The notes: generated by a model from the sequence alone, not told the origin. Numbered from the whole stretch's first letter, positions 24,801-38,808 are shown. The stretch: DNA of 57,362 nucleotides, filler included, from Basidiobolus ranarum (GCA_040143965.1; 4 parts of 4 records of this genome joined end to end with filler, not necessarily neighbours in it); one strand, 5' to 3'. Numbers and translations are program-made.

Positions 24801-24950
24801 AAAAATATTACTCTCTCTTCTTAAACCTATCTACTTTCTTTAAAGGAAACCATCCCAAAGTCGAACTTCTATCAAAAGAGTTACTTTCAAATTTCTGTAG
24901 CTTAAACAAAATAGATTCTCGTTTTTCTACAGTGGCCAGAACTTTAGAGA

Positions 24951-26631
24951 ATGGCGGATCTACCCTATATACTTAAAAAAAAGGTCCTCCTGGATACCAA
25001 GAAGCCGTTTAACATTCAACCACTAGCAGATGAGGGAAAGAGTGGGAAGCCTACCGCAAAGGATTCTCAATTCGCACAGGCCTTCGTCTTTCGGGAAAGG
25101 CCATCTCATTTTGATGTTCCAACCATGGTAAAGGAGGGGCACCCATTTCGCGGATTTTTCACTCTTTTTTGGATAGCTATGGGGTTCTTTCTACTCCAGA
25201 CATTCATGACTAACTTTAAACTTACGGGTTACATCACTGGCTCGTACCTATTCTCAATACTATCTAAAGATCTTGGCAGCCTTTTCATTGCAGACATGGT
25301 ATTGATCGGCGCTACCTTCATAAGTTTGGCAATACAGAAAGCCATAGTATGTGATTGGTTCCATAGAGAATATGCCGGTATGATTATTCAGCATATTTAC
25401 CAGACATCCTACTTGGCCTTAGCTATAAGTTGGGCACTTTGGAAGTATGACCTCAGGCTAGCAGTATCGTTCTTATCCAATTTAACTAACAATTTTAACA
25501 CTATTTTAGAGACTGGCCATGGGTTCAGACCACATTCTTCATATTGCACGCTATATCCAACCTGATGAAAGTTCACTCTTATATAAGTTACAATGGAGAA
25601 CTTTCTGTCAGTTACGAGCGCCTAAAGCTACTAAAACAGGATCAAGAAAATCTGATCAAAGCGAGTAAGAAGAATGACAAAGATGTGGATCCAGAAATTG
25701 CCCAAGAATTGAAGGATCAAATTAACGATGCATGTACAAGCCTGGCTAAGGGAAATGTTCAATATCCCAACAACGTTACGGTGAAGAACTTTTGGGAATA
25801 TTTACTCTTCCCTACATTGGTTTATGAGCTAGACTATCCACGAACTGAAAGGTAAGCTACATTGATAGCAATGAGATCAAATCACAATACAGCAAGAATA
25901 ATAATTTACCCTTTAACCTCAGAATACGACCTTGGTACTTGTTTGAAAAGTGTTTAGCTTTCCTGGGCACTTTCATCCTGTTATACGTGACGATTGAGCA
26001 TCAAATTATTCCCATCTTGGATGATTCGGTGGAGAACACCTCGGTTATATTCACTATCTTGCAGTTGATATTCCCGTTCATGATCGCACATTTGCTCGTC
26101 TTTTACATCATATTCGAGTGTGTTTGTAACGGTTTTGCCGAGATAAGCAGGTAGGCAATGATATTGGATAATGAATACCACCGCTGGTATCATGAATACT
26201 AAACTTTGCATTTCGGGGGGAACTCCAGGTTCGCTGACAGGTCGTTCTATGATGATTGGTGGAATAGTGCCACGTTTGATGAGTATGCTCGCAAGTGGAA
26301 TAGACCCGTTCATTTGTTCTTGCTGAGACACGTATACTTGGATTCGATCCAGACATACAAGTTATCAAAGAAGAGCGCTACCTATTTAACATTTTTACTA
26401 AGCTCGTGCCTACATGAGCTTGTCATGGTCATCATAACAAGAAGATTCCGACTTTATTTATTCTTTTTACAGATGTTCCAACTGCCATTGATTTGGCTAG
26501 GAAGACGACCAATAGTACACCGATACCCATGGTTAGGAAACACCCTCTTTTGGTTTGGCTTGGTATCTGGCATTCCATTACTTGGTGTTCTTTACTGTAG
26601 ACAAGTGGTGATCGAAACTAATGATCTATAA
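24951..26631 (+). CDS. Sterol O-acyltransferase (ACAT/Are1-2, MBOAT family), 4 exons
   Basis: MKVHSY, PTLVYELDYPR, FECVCNGFAEISRFADRSFYDDWWN, WNRPVH and catalytic HE motifs. Introns at about 25445-25509, 25852-25923 and 26151-26229. Confidence 0.93.
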
Positions 26632-28685
26632 TTACTCACTCTCTTTTACTCCCTTAAACCCGTAACCTCCCATTACCCCATGTCCTGAGATCATCCCTCC
26701 TTCAACTCACCGTATTATAAGAAATGAAATGTTAGACTCAATGCTTCTTTACATTTGATGTGAAAGGGGCGTTTTTAAGATACGATTATTTTATATTCCA
26801 TTTCATGGACATAAGTCTCTTGATTTACCCTTACAAAGGACATTCGTGTCGATTCTTGTATATGCTTTGTCTTTTCTTTGAATTGCAATTAAACGGTGAA
26901 TAAATAATTCTATTGAAATGTCTGGAATTACTGTGCAACCAATCCTTTACATTTGAGAGTTTGGAAACATGGAAGTGCGAGAGTAAGTTTCTTGGAATCC
27001 TCCTTTGGAGTTGTTTTATTTCATCTATATTGCGTAAATCTACATATGTATCATAGTAGGCCACATTCTTGAAAGGTCTGGACTGTATTTACTATTTAGA
27101 CAATACGAAAAGATCGCAAATGCAACAATCAAATCTGAGTAACCTTGATCAGACATATATATATATGGGCACGATAACTACGGAGTGGCTCATAGAACGG
27201 CATCATCCATAATCAAGGAAGCATAAGTAGAAGTAATTTTTGGGTCGAGTATTCTCAAATACGAATTTACGGTGACCATTTTGGTCTTAATGAAGCTCTA
27301 GTGTGAATCGTCGCCCCCAGTTGTAGCGGCTGATTGCTATATAATATTGGCTAGTGGAATGTATATTCTATGTATAATATACCTCAGATATGTTGGGCCA
27401 CTCGAAATCTTATGCAAGTCTTGAGTCACTTTCCGGTTATTCCTCAAGATCCTTCCGATTCTATCCGAGATTCGTAACAAAAAGAGGCTGATAATTTTGT
27501 TAGATGAAGAATCGAAAACTCCCTAGGATTTCATAAATTTGACTTGCAGACCAACCCATGGATTTGGGGAATCACTTCCGTTGTTTATTCATGTTTGAAT
27601 CCCATATCTATATCTCATCGACGATCGCTTGTAACTAAGGAGAAGCTACACGGGAGTGTCACTTGAGCGTATATTAGATGAATATGATCACCCATCAAGA
27701 AGCGACTAACTGAGTGTTTGATCAAGAATTCAATGACTGAAATTTGCAGAGTATTCATAGATCAATCTTCGATTATATCTTTAACTCCGATTAAGTGGAG
27801 GTTCATACGCCAAATAAGTATCGAGTGAATTTTGATATTAGGAAAGCTTCCTTATTAGTATAGGATCCTTAATTGGGACATCTTTGCATATCTACTGATT
27901 GTTTTGGAGATCACGCGGGATACCTTCGAATTTTCCATGTCATAGATATTCCGACCCCCATCTGATGCATCTGAAATAATGATGGGGACTACGAAACAGT
28001 GATTCTTTTATTTCCAATCCATCGAATGAACCTTCGAAGACTCTCATAAGGTGATTCCCCCTATTTCTTGGAATGAACTCAAGTAGGTGATCCCGGTTAC
28101 GTTGGTTGACATGACTACTTTGGCTCAACTGAAACTTGATAGTAAAGAAACTATGCGGTTACCCCAATTGGTTTGATCAAGGGTAGCCTGATGAAATCAA
28201 CCATCCAATCCCTCCACGAAGATTGTTAATTTACCAAAATATTGACACCCATAATGGAGTGTGTTAGGGATGGCTATTTGAAGATCGTCTACACCACCCT
28301 CAAGGCTGCTTTTCGGAAGAGTAGGTTCCAGGCATGAAATAGTAGGTTTGTTTCATAGATGTGGTAAATCCAGATAGCTAAGGATTTATTGTGTTCGTTA
28401 GCTTGGTTTTTGAATGCATAATTCTAATCATGTATATTATACAGTAGATGAATATGTTATATATATGGTACACGTATGGATGTGAGATAGATGATTGTGT
28501 GAACGACAATGAAATAGTGAATGTTCTAAAGAATTACAAAGTAGGTCCAGTTAAAGTGAGGATGAATAGAAGGTGTGGGTGGTAAGTGGAGTTCGAATTT
28601 AAAACATCATCATCGATGTTCGCTTCTTCCCCATTGGATATACTAACAATGAGCCTATGAATAGTCCTACCGCTAAGCTCATTGC

Positions 28686-28785
28686 NNNNNNNNNNNNNNN
28701 NNNNNNNNNNNNNNNNNNNNNNNNNNNNNTTAATTAATTAANNNNNNNNNNNNNNNNNNNNNNNNNNNNNNNNNNNNNNNNNNNN
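28686..28785. other. Assembly gap with artificial six-frame stop spacer
   Basis: N run with central TTAATTAATTAA. Confidence 0.98.
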
Positions 28786-28942
28786 GGCGTATATATATAT
28801 ATCGACGAGATCGCAATATTACCATATCTTTTGTAAGTGGCTTTTATCCACTGCTTGTTACTATATATCCCTGCGAGCTCCCAGAATCCCTTATACATAA
28901 CCTTTACTAATAGTCCTAATATCCCCGCTCATATTCTTGAAT

Positions 28943-30255
28943 ATGCATTACGCAGAAGAACAAGAAGAACCATTCGGGTTTTTTGATGGTAAGTTATTAT
29001 TTTACCAAGTGACATTTACGTTATGTTTATCGAAAAGCAAAAAACCCAACTAAAAAAATCCTTTTCTTTCAGAGCTGGACTCCATTTTGAACCAAGATCT
29101 TGCCCATTCCGATATTGTTATCGCATTAGAAGCATACTTAAATATAGTTGAAAGAAATATTGGTAAAGTTAAGGAATTTATATCTCTCTTTTTAACCATT
29201 CTTACTGATACCTCTAAAGACTTTGTCATTCGCGCCGAGGCTTTGATGACTATATGTTGTGCTCTAGTTGAATCTTCATTATTTGAAAAGAGTAAGCAGG
29301 CTGCCATTGAGTACATAATCGACGAAGCATTAATGGTATATATAGCCCCTCTCGCCCCATCATACCTGAAATTTACTAAACTTTTGAATTTTTAGTCTAC
29401 GCGCGACTTGAATATATTATACACGATACTGTACTTTTCTGGACAAGTATACCCTTTTGCCTTGGATACTATGCTGGAGTGTCATATGATTTCCAAGCTC
29501 ACTCAAGGAATTCTTACTAAAGGTGATTTCCATTTCTTTAAAGTGATACCCCGTGTTTATGTTATTTACGCTTCACTCTCATAGAATCCAAAAACCATCG
29601 ATTATTCTCCGAAATATCGTTACTTTCCGAACTTTGTCATCTATCTAAACTCTCCACCTCGGATACAAAGTTGTTAGATGAAACGCTAATTAATAAGCTA
29701 CTAAATATCGTGGAAGAGACTCAATGTGGAGATGAATCTTTAAATTGTGCAACCATTCAGCTGATTTTAGCTATCAATGGTCAATTTATGAGACACCCTC
29801 AAGTTAATGAAAATACCGTTATCAAAGTATTGGGTAATCGGTTTGAAACGAGCAAGTCTTTCGGAGAAAATTTGTTGTTCATGATGAACCGTGGAACCGA
29901 ACTCACTATCCAGCTTTTAATTCTCAAGCTTCTTTACGCTTTATTCACCAATACCTCTACATATGACTATTTTTACACCAACGACCTTAGAGTCTTAGTA
30001 GATGTAATCATTCGCGAGTTATATAACTTACCTGAAGAGGATGGTGAACTACGTAGGGCTTATCTGGAGGTTTTACCACCTTTAATTTGTAACACGCAAT
30101 ATCCAGAAATCCTTCACAAATCACAACAAATCGCCTGCTTATTGGAGGAACTGACCACCGAACAAGCACACAAGAATATTACGAAAGAAGTTCAATTGAT
30201 AGTTGAGAAGGTGCGTACAGAGTGTGCGTCTGTATTGGTTACCACTTTACAATAG
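28943..30255 (+). CDS. LDB17: Ldb17/SPIN90 (WDS family) Arp2/3 activator-like leucine-rich protein, 4 exons
   Basis: FGENLLFMMNR...LILKLLYALFT...FYTNDLRVLVDVIIRELYNL...RRAYLEVL. ATG 28943 joins in frame through three GT-AG introns. Confidence 0.82.
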
Positions 30256-30827
30256 AAACGTGATTTTTCTTTTAATTGAACCCATCCATAATGACTTATT
30301 CCCTACTAATAAATAATACCTGAGAAATTCACAATGAACGATTGTGCTGCATCTGATATGGTTCTGCTTCACCTTAGGGTTAGGGCAGAGCTTTCCAAGT
30401 TAGAAGCATGCTATTTGGTAGATGACGAAGGTACGGTGAAAAAAATCCCCATAAGGAAGCTTAAAATGGGAAGAGTCGATAAGGTTTTTTTAAGAGCAAT
30501 CTCACTTCCTAATCCGTCAAGAACATATTGTATCCTAGGCTATTAGTTTACCCCCATAAATGATGAATCTAGATGGACTATTGTAGAGAAAATTCATCTA
30601 CTCGTAATCGTTTTCGCATCGTCTGGGAACGATCTTTGATTGGTTTTCCATAGAGCGATGGGAAATTGAAAAAACCGCCCATTTGACCTGTTCAGATGTG
30701 ATCATAACTGTTATGAACATTTGTTCTCACAGCTAGTAACCAAAGTGGTAAAGTTCGGGACACAATTTAGAAGCAAGATATTTAATACAAGATGAAGATA
30801 TTGGTGAGTGGCTGTGATTACTCGTAC

Positions 30828-32804
30828 TTAGAATCTTTGTGAGTAATTCCCCGATACAGTCAGGTGTCTGACCCATTTTTTAGGAGTGTTGTGCGTGCAT
30901 GTTTTATCGAATACTTGGAGTTTGGCAATATTCATGCCAGAACACGTCCAGTTTGCAATTTGAAATCGAACGCTGGATGTAAGAGTATTAGAAGAGATGC
31001 TATTTATATTTTGAGAGTGAAAGCGGAGCTTACTCGACTTGTCCAAATTCTTCGAAATCATTGTTAAGTGATTGTTCCAAAAGAACCTAGGGGTTTACCA
31101 TATTAGAGTTAGCGCTAAATAGTAAACAATTATAAACTCACTTTTGTACGAAGTGTTTTCTCAGTGCAGCCAGTAAATTTGGGAATGATCCAATCGATTC
31201 TTTTTCTGTCAAAATCAAAGTTCACCTTTTCGTTGGGAGTCAAATCAGAGGTGATGGTATTCAAGGCACTTGATAAATAATGTTAACCATGAGCCACTTC
31301 TCTATAGAGTAGATAATGAGTAAAAACGAGTTTCTACCTTAGAGTTTGTTTAGGTAGCGGAAAGCTCAAACTGCACTCTTGGGCAGTGATATTTCCAGGG
31401 AAATCTGTGCGAATTCTTATCACAACTTCTGTTGCTCTATCATCATCAGGAAATTCGTCGAAAAATGTGAATATTCTGAATGGGAACCGTGAGTTCTCCT
31501 CAATTCGATACTTCATTAACGTGACCTCCCCATCTTTCGGTTCGATTTTGAGTATTCTATTCGATTGAAACTCTAGCATTGATTTTAGTTAAAGTTGGTT
31601 GTTGGCCGTTACTTCATAGCAAATACCCTTTGTATCCACTTTTTCATGGAAGTTCAACTGGTTTAGTAGCACCGTCTCAGCGTCTAGATCCAGTGAATCA
31701 GTTTAGCTTGTGAATAAATCATCATATCGCTTCATCGTTGTAACTCCTACTTACTAGGCTTTGGGTCATCTTCGCTCAAGGTAGAGAAATTACCGCCTAG
31801 TTGCAACAAAAGCTCTGGATCGCCTTTTAAAAAGCTCTTCATGATAATGGCACCTTCTATTTCTGATCTTAGGGCCTCTCCCTGTTAAAAAGTGATCAGT
31901 TAGAGATATTCAGATGGATCAATTATGAAATAAATTCATTCATACTGAGGGATTAAATGTGCCAGTAATTGTTTCGAGTAGATCCACGAATACTTCACTT
32001 TTTGAGATAAGCTTTTGTTCATGAGTGATAATGGATTCCGCTCTTACAGAATGATTTTGTTTCTAGTAATATTGTAGAGAGGCCGTTAATATTTTGAAGC
32101 AGTCCGATAAAGGTAGAATACATAAACCAGTGATTTTTACTTACTATGGCTATTCGTGCAAAACTACTCTTTAAATCGGTATCTGGTTCGTTAAATATCA
32201 CTTCTCTCAAGTATTCTACCTCTGTGCTTACTGGAGTTCCATCAATCTAATAACACAACGAGCCACCAATGCGTATTAACATACAAATCAACGGGTCTAT
32301 TTGGGATAAAGTCGCTATTTGATGTACACTTACAATAACTTCGTCCAAAATTTCGTACATTAAGCCCAGATTTCTACGTATTGCCGTTTCTCCGAAACCG
32401 CCACCAATCTCAATCATCCCACTCACTATACCGTTCAGCATTTCTAACATGACCAAAGGTTTTACTTCACTTGTATTCTCTTCGCTTACCACTCCAACTA
32501 TGAATACTTGGTTAAATAATTTGTATACGAAAGTGATTCCTTCCCCTTGAAATATTGGAGTTGGGTTTCCTATCTCTTGGTATATTTTGAAAAATATAGA
32601 GGGTGTATCTAGGCCATGTTCAAAACGGTCTTTTCAATAAGAATTAAGGAAAATAAATAGGAATTGTTCTGTATTGTGTATACAATTGGAACTTCAAAGT
32701 TTTCAAGAAAGGTATTCGATCTTCTCACTTCTTGATAAAAGGATACAATCCTTCAGTAATAAGGTATCACCAATATTGGTCAATAAAAATATCTGCGAAA
32801 ACAT
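30828..32804 (-). CDS. AP4M1: Adaptor complex medium (mu) subunit, most similar to AP-4 mu
   Basis: MFSQIFLLTNIGDTLLLKDYR N-terminus, IRRNLGLMYEILDEVI, EVFVDLLE, IEGAIIMKSFLKGDPEL, NFHEKV, PKDGEVTLMKYR, and a C-terminus FQIANWTCSGMNI...KWVRHLTVSGNY. Subfamily assignment is by recognition. Confidence 0.8.
32630..32746 (-). other. U12-type (minor spliceosome) GT-AG intron, intron 1 of AP-4 mu
   Basis: Donor GTATCCTTTT, branch site TTTTCCTTAAT ending 13 nt from the intron 3' end, no polypyrimidine tract. Removal restores KD-Y-R (phase 1). Confidence 0.88.
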
Positions 32805-33967
32805 TGTTTGTGGCAGTCACAGAAAATATTGCTTTTAAGGTTGTAATCTTGACTCAACTTACAGAGAAGAGAGAAAGTAGCAATTCTTATGCTTGCTGTC
32901 ACTATTGAGATGTGTGTGTATGCGTATGCATATATCTATTTAAATACATATTTGAAGTAAATTTAGATCCACTTATTAGATCGAAATTCATTGGCAAATA
33001 GTAATACGTATTAGGTCATTACGCAAAATCAATATCTTCCTTCGAAACAAATAAAACCCCCTTCAAAAGCTAGTCATACAAAGTGAGTGAGTCGCCATTA
33101 CTTCAAGGTGATGAGTTTATATTAATATAAAACAAGTAGCAACGGGGCTACAACATTGATTGGTTGAAACATTGTGGTAATGGCAACAATTTCATTTTAG
33201 GAAGTAATTCTCATAACCATTACCCACCACCACGTTTACTATGGCAAGGCAGTGCATTCCAACCCGAATAGAAACCCAGATAGAGCCCGGATAGGAACTA
33301 GATCTAGGACTTTTTAGTTCACCAAGATGGCTCGAATAGTGACAAACTCCAAGCAGTATTACACAACGTTTCATAGACTAATCAATTAAGCTTTCTCCTA
33401 GGGTTAGCCATCGTTGCTATCCTTTTTTAACGAATGATTATCCAAAGTAATTCTCCATGTAAACGAATTCTTGGATTGACCTAAATTGGTGTCAGCATGG
33501 ATTTCGGTAACGTAGATCCGAAGTAAGAGAAGTAAGGCGAGGTGAAGTAAAGACGGAAAAAGGAGAAAGATGATGCGGGCAAAACCAATTGAGGCAAATC
33601 AATTCCATAAGGCTTTGATCATACTTTCTACTTGCGGAATGAGGTGTCGTCATAGGTGCACCACCACATAATTCTGATGGAATTCACTCAGATCTCACCT
33701 CTCCTCCTAGTCATATTAGTAGTTCGATTAAGATATGTGCTGGGTTTCATCGATACATGAGGTTTCTTCCCGCTCTCTTGTTATTCCAGACCAATAATCA
33801 TTCTCGCTCTATCTTCATCGAAATACAAATATCTTGGATTGCCAGTAAAATTTGCTTATTATTTCTTAATACATTTCTATCTCCTCTACTACCTCCTCTA
33901 CTACCTCCTCAACAACCACCTCAACGCCCTAGTCCTTCCTTATTCTACACATAGTCCTCACATCACA

Positions 33968-35866
33968 ATGATCAAACAAATCAAAAACTTCCTTAAAACT
34001 GCTACTTCGGGTAAGTTTATAGCAGCAGTTTGTTCTTGAAATTCCTTTTGTCTAATCTTTGTTTGCTTTCAAAGTTCCAAATTCCGATCCACGCACATCT
34101 GGCTCTAATATTCAGGAGAAAGAGATTCGTTCTACTCCAGCACCCAAGCAACAGAACATTCCCAAGGCTGACCAAAACGAGATTTTCAAGCACCCCGATT
34201 ACGCTGGTGATCCTAACCTCCCGATTTACCCTAACTTGGATAGATATCGACTCTTGACTAAGCTTGGAGAGTAAGTTGGAGCCCTCAAAATATCCATATC
34301 AATATATACCCATTTATTCACATGGATTTCTTTTAGTGGGGCTTTTAGTAACGTTTATAAGGCTTACGACCACTATCGTAAACATTTGGTGGCCATCAAA
34401 GTCGTACGTAAATTTGAGTTGAACTCTCTCCAGGTAAGCCATTGATCAACGTTCAGAATTTCTCTCAGTTCTTGAATTCTTATCTTTCATCAAATATCCT
34501 GTAGCGTGGTAATATCCTTAAAGAGGTTACCATCATGCGTAATTTAAACCATCCTAATATCGCCAAACTACTGGATTTCAAGGAATCAAAAGATTTCTAT
34601 TATCTCGTATTGGAATTGGTCACCGGTGGTGAATTGTTCCATCGGATCGTCAAACTCACCTATTTTAGTGAAGATCTCGCTCGTCATGTGATCACACAAG
34701 TGGCACAGGGAATCCATTACTTACATGAAGAGAAAGGAGTGGTGCATCGAGATATTAAGCCAGAGAATCTGCTTTTTGAACCCATCCCAATTAAAGCAAG
34801 TAGAGCCAAGCATGTCTCGACGGAGCATGGTGAGGAGAAGATGGATGAAGGTGAATTTGTCGATGGAGTGGGTGGAGGCGGCATTGGTTTAGTGAAAATT
34901 GCTGATTTCGGCCTCTCCAAGGTTATTTGGAATAAGGATACAATGACTCCATGTGGTACTGTGGGATACACTGCACCTGAAATCGTCAATGACGAGGGCT
35001 ATAGTAAGGCGGTGGATATGTGGGCCCTTGGCTGTGTGTTATATACCATGCTATGTGGCTTTCCTCCATTCTACGATGATGATATCAAAGTTTTAACCGA
35101 GAAAGTGGCCAGAGGGTATTATTCCTTCTTATCTCCCTGGTGGGACGATATCTCCGACTCTTCTAAAGATCTGATCTCTCATTTACTCACTGTTAACCCA
35201 GAAAGAAGATACACCATTAAGCAATTTTTGGCTCATCCTTGGATTCGGAATAAGAAAACCGTACAGTTCGATCCTTCAGTCAATGAAGTTGTTCCAAACT
35301 TCCCATTATCCAATTTACCTACCTCTCCTTCTGGTCATTACCCGGAACCAACCTCGACATACCGCGCAACAGCAGAGCACGTCGGTACACCTTATGACAA
35401 TGGACCTAGAGTTACTCACGTGCGCAAGGAACGTCATCCTATCCCGGTCACTCCCAATGTGTCAATCAAAGAAGCGTTTGATGTCTCTTACGCTATGCAC
35501 CGTATGGAGGATGAAGAAGCCGGTAAACGTCGGATGCGTGCAATGCAAGAACAGTTCGAGAAAGCCCAAGGAATGGCTACATATGCCCCTTACTACCAGA
35601 GTGCGTTGATGGACATCATAGATACCGGTGGTTACGAAGATGACATGAACACGATCAACTCAGCATTAACTACTCAAATGAGAGATCCATGCCAACCACG
35701 TACACGCAATGTTGGTAGGGCAAATCAGCCACCAGCAATGGCCACTGGGCGTCAAGTAAATCACCCTAGAAAAGAGGGTAGACGCGCAGGTTTCGAATTG
35801 AACATGAACAATGCCACGCTATTGAGCAGAAGAAAGCAAAAGGCACCAGCGCAACCGGTTAACTAG
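33968..35866 (+). CDS. Rck2/Srk1/Cmk2-type MAPK-activated CaMK-like Ser/Thr kinase, 4 exons
   Basis: KLG(D)GAFSNVYKA, VAIKVVRK, HRDIKPENLLF, the family insert DEGEF..GVGGGGIG, DFGLSK and TPCGTVGYTAPE. C-terminal FELNMNNATLLSRRK resembles a MAPK-docking motif. Confidence 0.93.
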
Positions 35867-36574
35867 AGGGGATATTACTAGTCATTATCGCATCCATAAT
35901 GACTCATATTTTACGTATCTCTCCATCATATGTGCAGTCATCTTTTGTGTATTAGTACATTAAGTGGATTCTTGATGAGTTTTACACACGATGGGTTGTT
36001 GTACGAACTGCCAAATGATATCATATAATTACTTGGTCTTGTTTGTTTAACAGTTGAGCCTGTTGTGTACATGTCTGTGCTTCATTTTTTTACTCCTATT
36101 CTTTGATAATATAGAAAGTTGGTTAGAGAGCGTTTCAACGATCATTACACTCTTTACATCACTATTTCAAGTATGATAAGTGATTCTGTGTATATATATA
36201 TAATAAATTCATTTAAGACATTAATTTGGTGATAAGCATCACATGTACACAATCATGGAATCCAACTTCCTCCTTTTGTACTAGAGCACACTTTGGCGGT
36301 CAAGCCCTCAGTGGAATGAATTTTCCATTAACAAGCGAGAATGTGTGATACGTTGGCGATATTAATTCAACTCTTGTAAAGTAGCACAAACTTCAATGGA
36401 GTGATCCTTCTAAGCACTTTATTTAGTATTATGGTGACCAATAGTATTATGTAGATTTGTATATATAACATGTATGTAGAGGTCGTGAACAGTGAATTAC
36501 CAAAAAGTAACAGTTACGAATTACACGTTCTGTTAATATGAAATATCTAATGGTAACCAAATAATTAAGAAAGT

Positions 36575-38808
36575 TCAAGACCATGGATTGTATAAACTGG
36601 ACTGGCTAGGCGGTTTGGCAATCGCTGGTTCCCGCTTACGCCATTGGAATAGCGAATCTTGACTCGAATTGTTAATACCCGGGTAAGGTTGGTTAGCACG
36701 TGTATCTCCAATATCGTTATTGTCATCGTCATCGTCGGAAGAATTGTCCTCCTCATCCTCTAGTTGGACAGTATGTTGGTTGCTTCGGAGAAGTCCTCGC
36801 GATTCTTCATCGTCGTATACTTGTTTACCATTCTTTACACCATATGCAGAGGCATTTTCACGCCTTTGATCAGTACCATTACTGCCTGATCCTATGCGCG
36901 TTTCCCCTGTGGCTGCATAGGAAAAAGTTGGCGTTTTGCCCTTAATTCTTTGATTTTCATTTGGCTTTCGAATGGGTGATGATACTGTAATAATTGGATA
37001 ATTATAATCGCCATGAACTAATTGTCGAGCAGCCTCATAGTCATCTTCTAAATCATCCGAGTCGTTAAGATCGGAGAAGTTCAAACTAATCGTATCTTGC
37101 TCCATTTGACTTTGTAATGTATACGGATCCGTCTTTGTGGCAGATTCGGGTGTGGGAATCCAATACTTAGTTTGACCTCCATCTACATAACGAAGTCCAG
37201 CCAAAATACGTTGGTTCCGGCTTTGTCCTTCGGGAGCAACTCCCTCAGCTGGCTCAAAAGCGCGATAATTAAAGCGATCACCAGAGTAAGTGTCGAGAGA
37301 ATCTTGAACAATATCACGTAAGCCCAACGCATCCCGGAGGGCATGGGGAAGAGTCATACGGCCAAAATGGAAATCATAATTGTTGTAATCTTTGTACGTG
37401 AAGGAATGCCTATACCACAATTATGCAATGGATTTAGAACAGGTGCACAGACAAGGACTAATGCTCTATTATCTCACCAATGACCGATTGCGGCAAATAT
37501 CATCTCAAAGCAAATCAGGAAATCCTGGATAGCCACAGCAAGTTGATCTGCATGGAAATGTTCATCTATATTGTGAAGAGTGTATACGTCCATTAGAAAC
37601 TAGTGAATAAAGGAATATCTGTATAAGCACTGGTAAACTTACTTCCTCGAATAATCCCTAGCATAACCAATATGGAAATCGCAAGACCTTGCCAGAATGA
37701 GAAGAAAATAACGGATTTAACGCAAATAAATTTGGGGAATGGTCTAGACGTATCCAATTACAAAGCTCATTAGTAACATAGACACGATCGACAATTCAAA
37801 CTTGGTTAATCCAATACCGGTAAGCTTTCAAGTCTTCTTTAGTAGCCATAAAGAATAAGACTAAGCAGTAAAGACTAAGACACACGCTTAGGTTGTAGAT
37901 AAATGATATCCAGAAATAGCCCGAGGTCAAGGACAAGTCGCCTTCGTTAAAGTTATTGCATACTTTAAGTATCATTGTGGCCGCAGCTAATACCGGCTTA
38001 ACATAAACATATTGAAGTATTCCACGCTAACCAAACATATCAAATTAGAGACTCATTGCTTTAAGGCTATACACTACAAGTCAACTAACCTTTACGAACA
38101 GAAAATTGTAGGGATCGCCAACCTATAACAAAATGGTAGATATAAATACCTCCACATATACAAGTAAATGGAATATAATCAAAATAACTAAACGTACATC
38201 CATTTCCTTAGACCACCAGTTTACTGGCCACATATGCTCTGTTGGTTGACGTCCGTGCAACATATTCAGCAATTCTCTCTCTCCACCCAGATAATTGACC
38301 AAAAGACTAAAGAAGCAATATAAAACGAAGGCCTAGACAAATAAACACACATCTTAAATATTGGCCTCTCCGAAAAGAAAACTACAACGTTAAAGGACTA
38401 ACCTCATAGACATCGCGCAGAGCATCAACATAAAAGGCAAGTTTCAAAGAATAAAGAGAGATCCATGAAGATATTGCGTAAACAGGGATCCTAATAAACA
38501 TAGATTCATAAGCAAAAGAGACTCTATTTTGAGCAGACTGTTTTGTGCCTTACATCCAAATAATCCTCATAACGTTACGTTGAAGGTTCTAAGTAAGTTC
38601 AAGATTCATAATATTAATATTCATCCTGCTGAAATAGATGCAATATATTTTCTATCAAGTTTTCACTAACCGGGCGAGCATAGTTCTTCAAATGACTCCA
38701 CATGCAATAAAGTGATATTCCAGTGGCGATGATGGAGCAGAAACCCGCAAACCACACCGCTTTATTTCCAAGTTCTGAACCCGCTCCACTATCATCAGGA
38801 AAGTTCAT
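36575..38808 (-). CDS. TMEM184/OST-alpha family membrane protein, Hfl1-like, multi-exon
   Basis: HLKNYARP / NLQRNVMRIIWM / IPVYAISSW...RDVYE / AFVLYCFFSLLVNYLGGE / RGILQYVYVKP / PKFICVKSVIFFSFWQG / QDFLICFEM, with a C-terminal GDYNYP motif. Confidence 0.9.

Noticed and set aside
8213-38808. Autophagy gene cluster (ATG13, AP-4 mu, Hfl1-like)
   Set aside because: The genes are separated by many unrelated ones and show no shared regulatory signal, so co-location is most likely chance.
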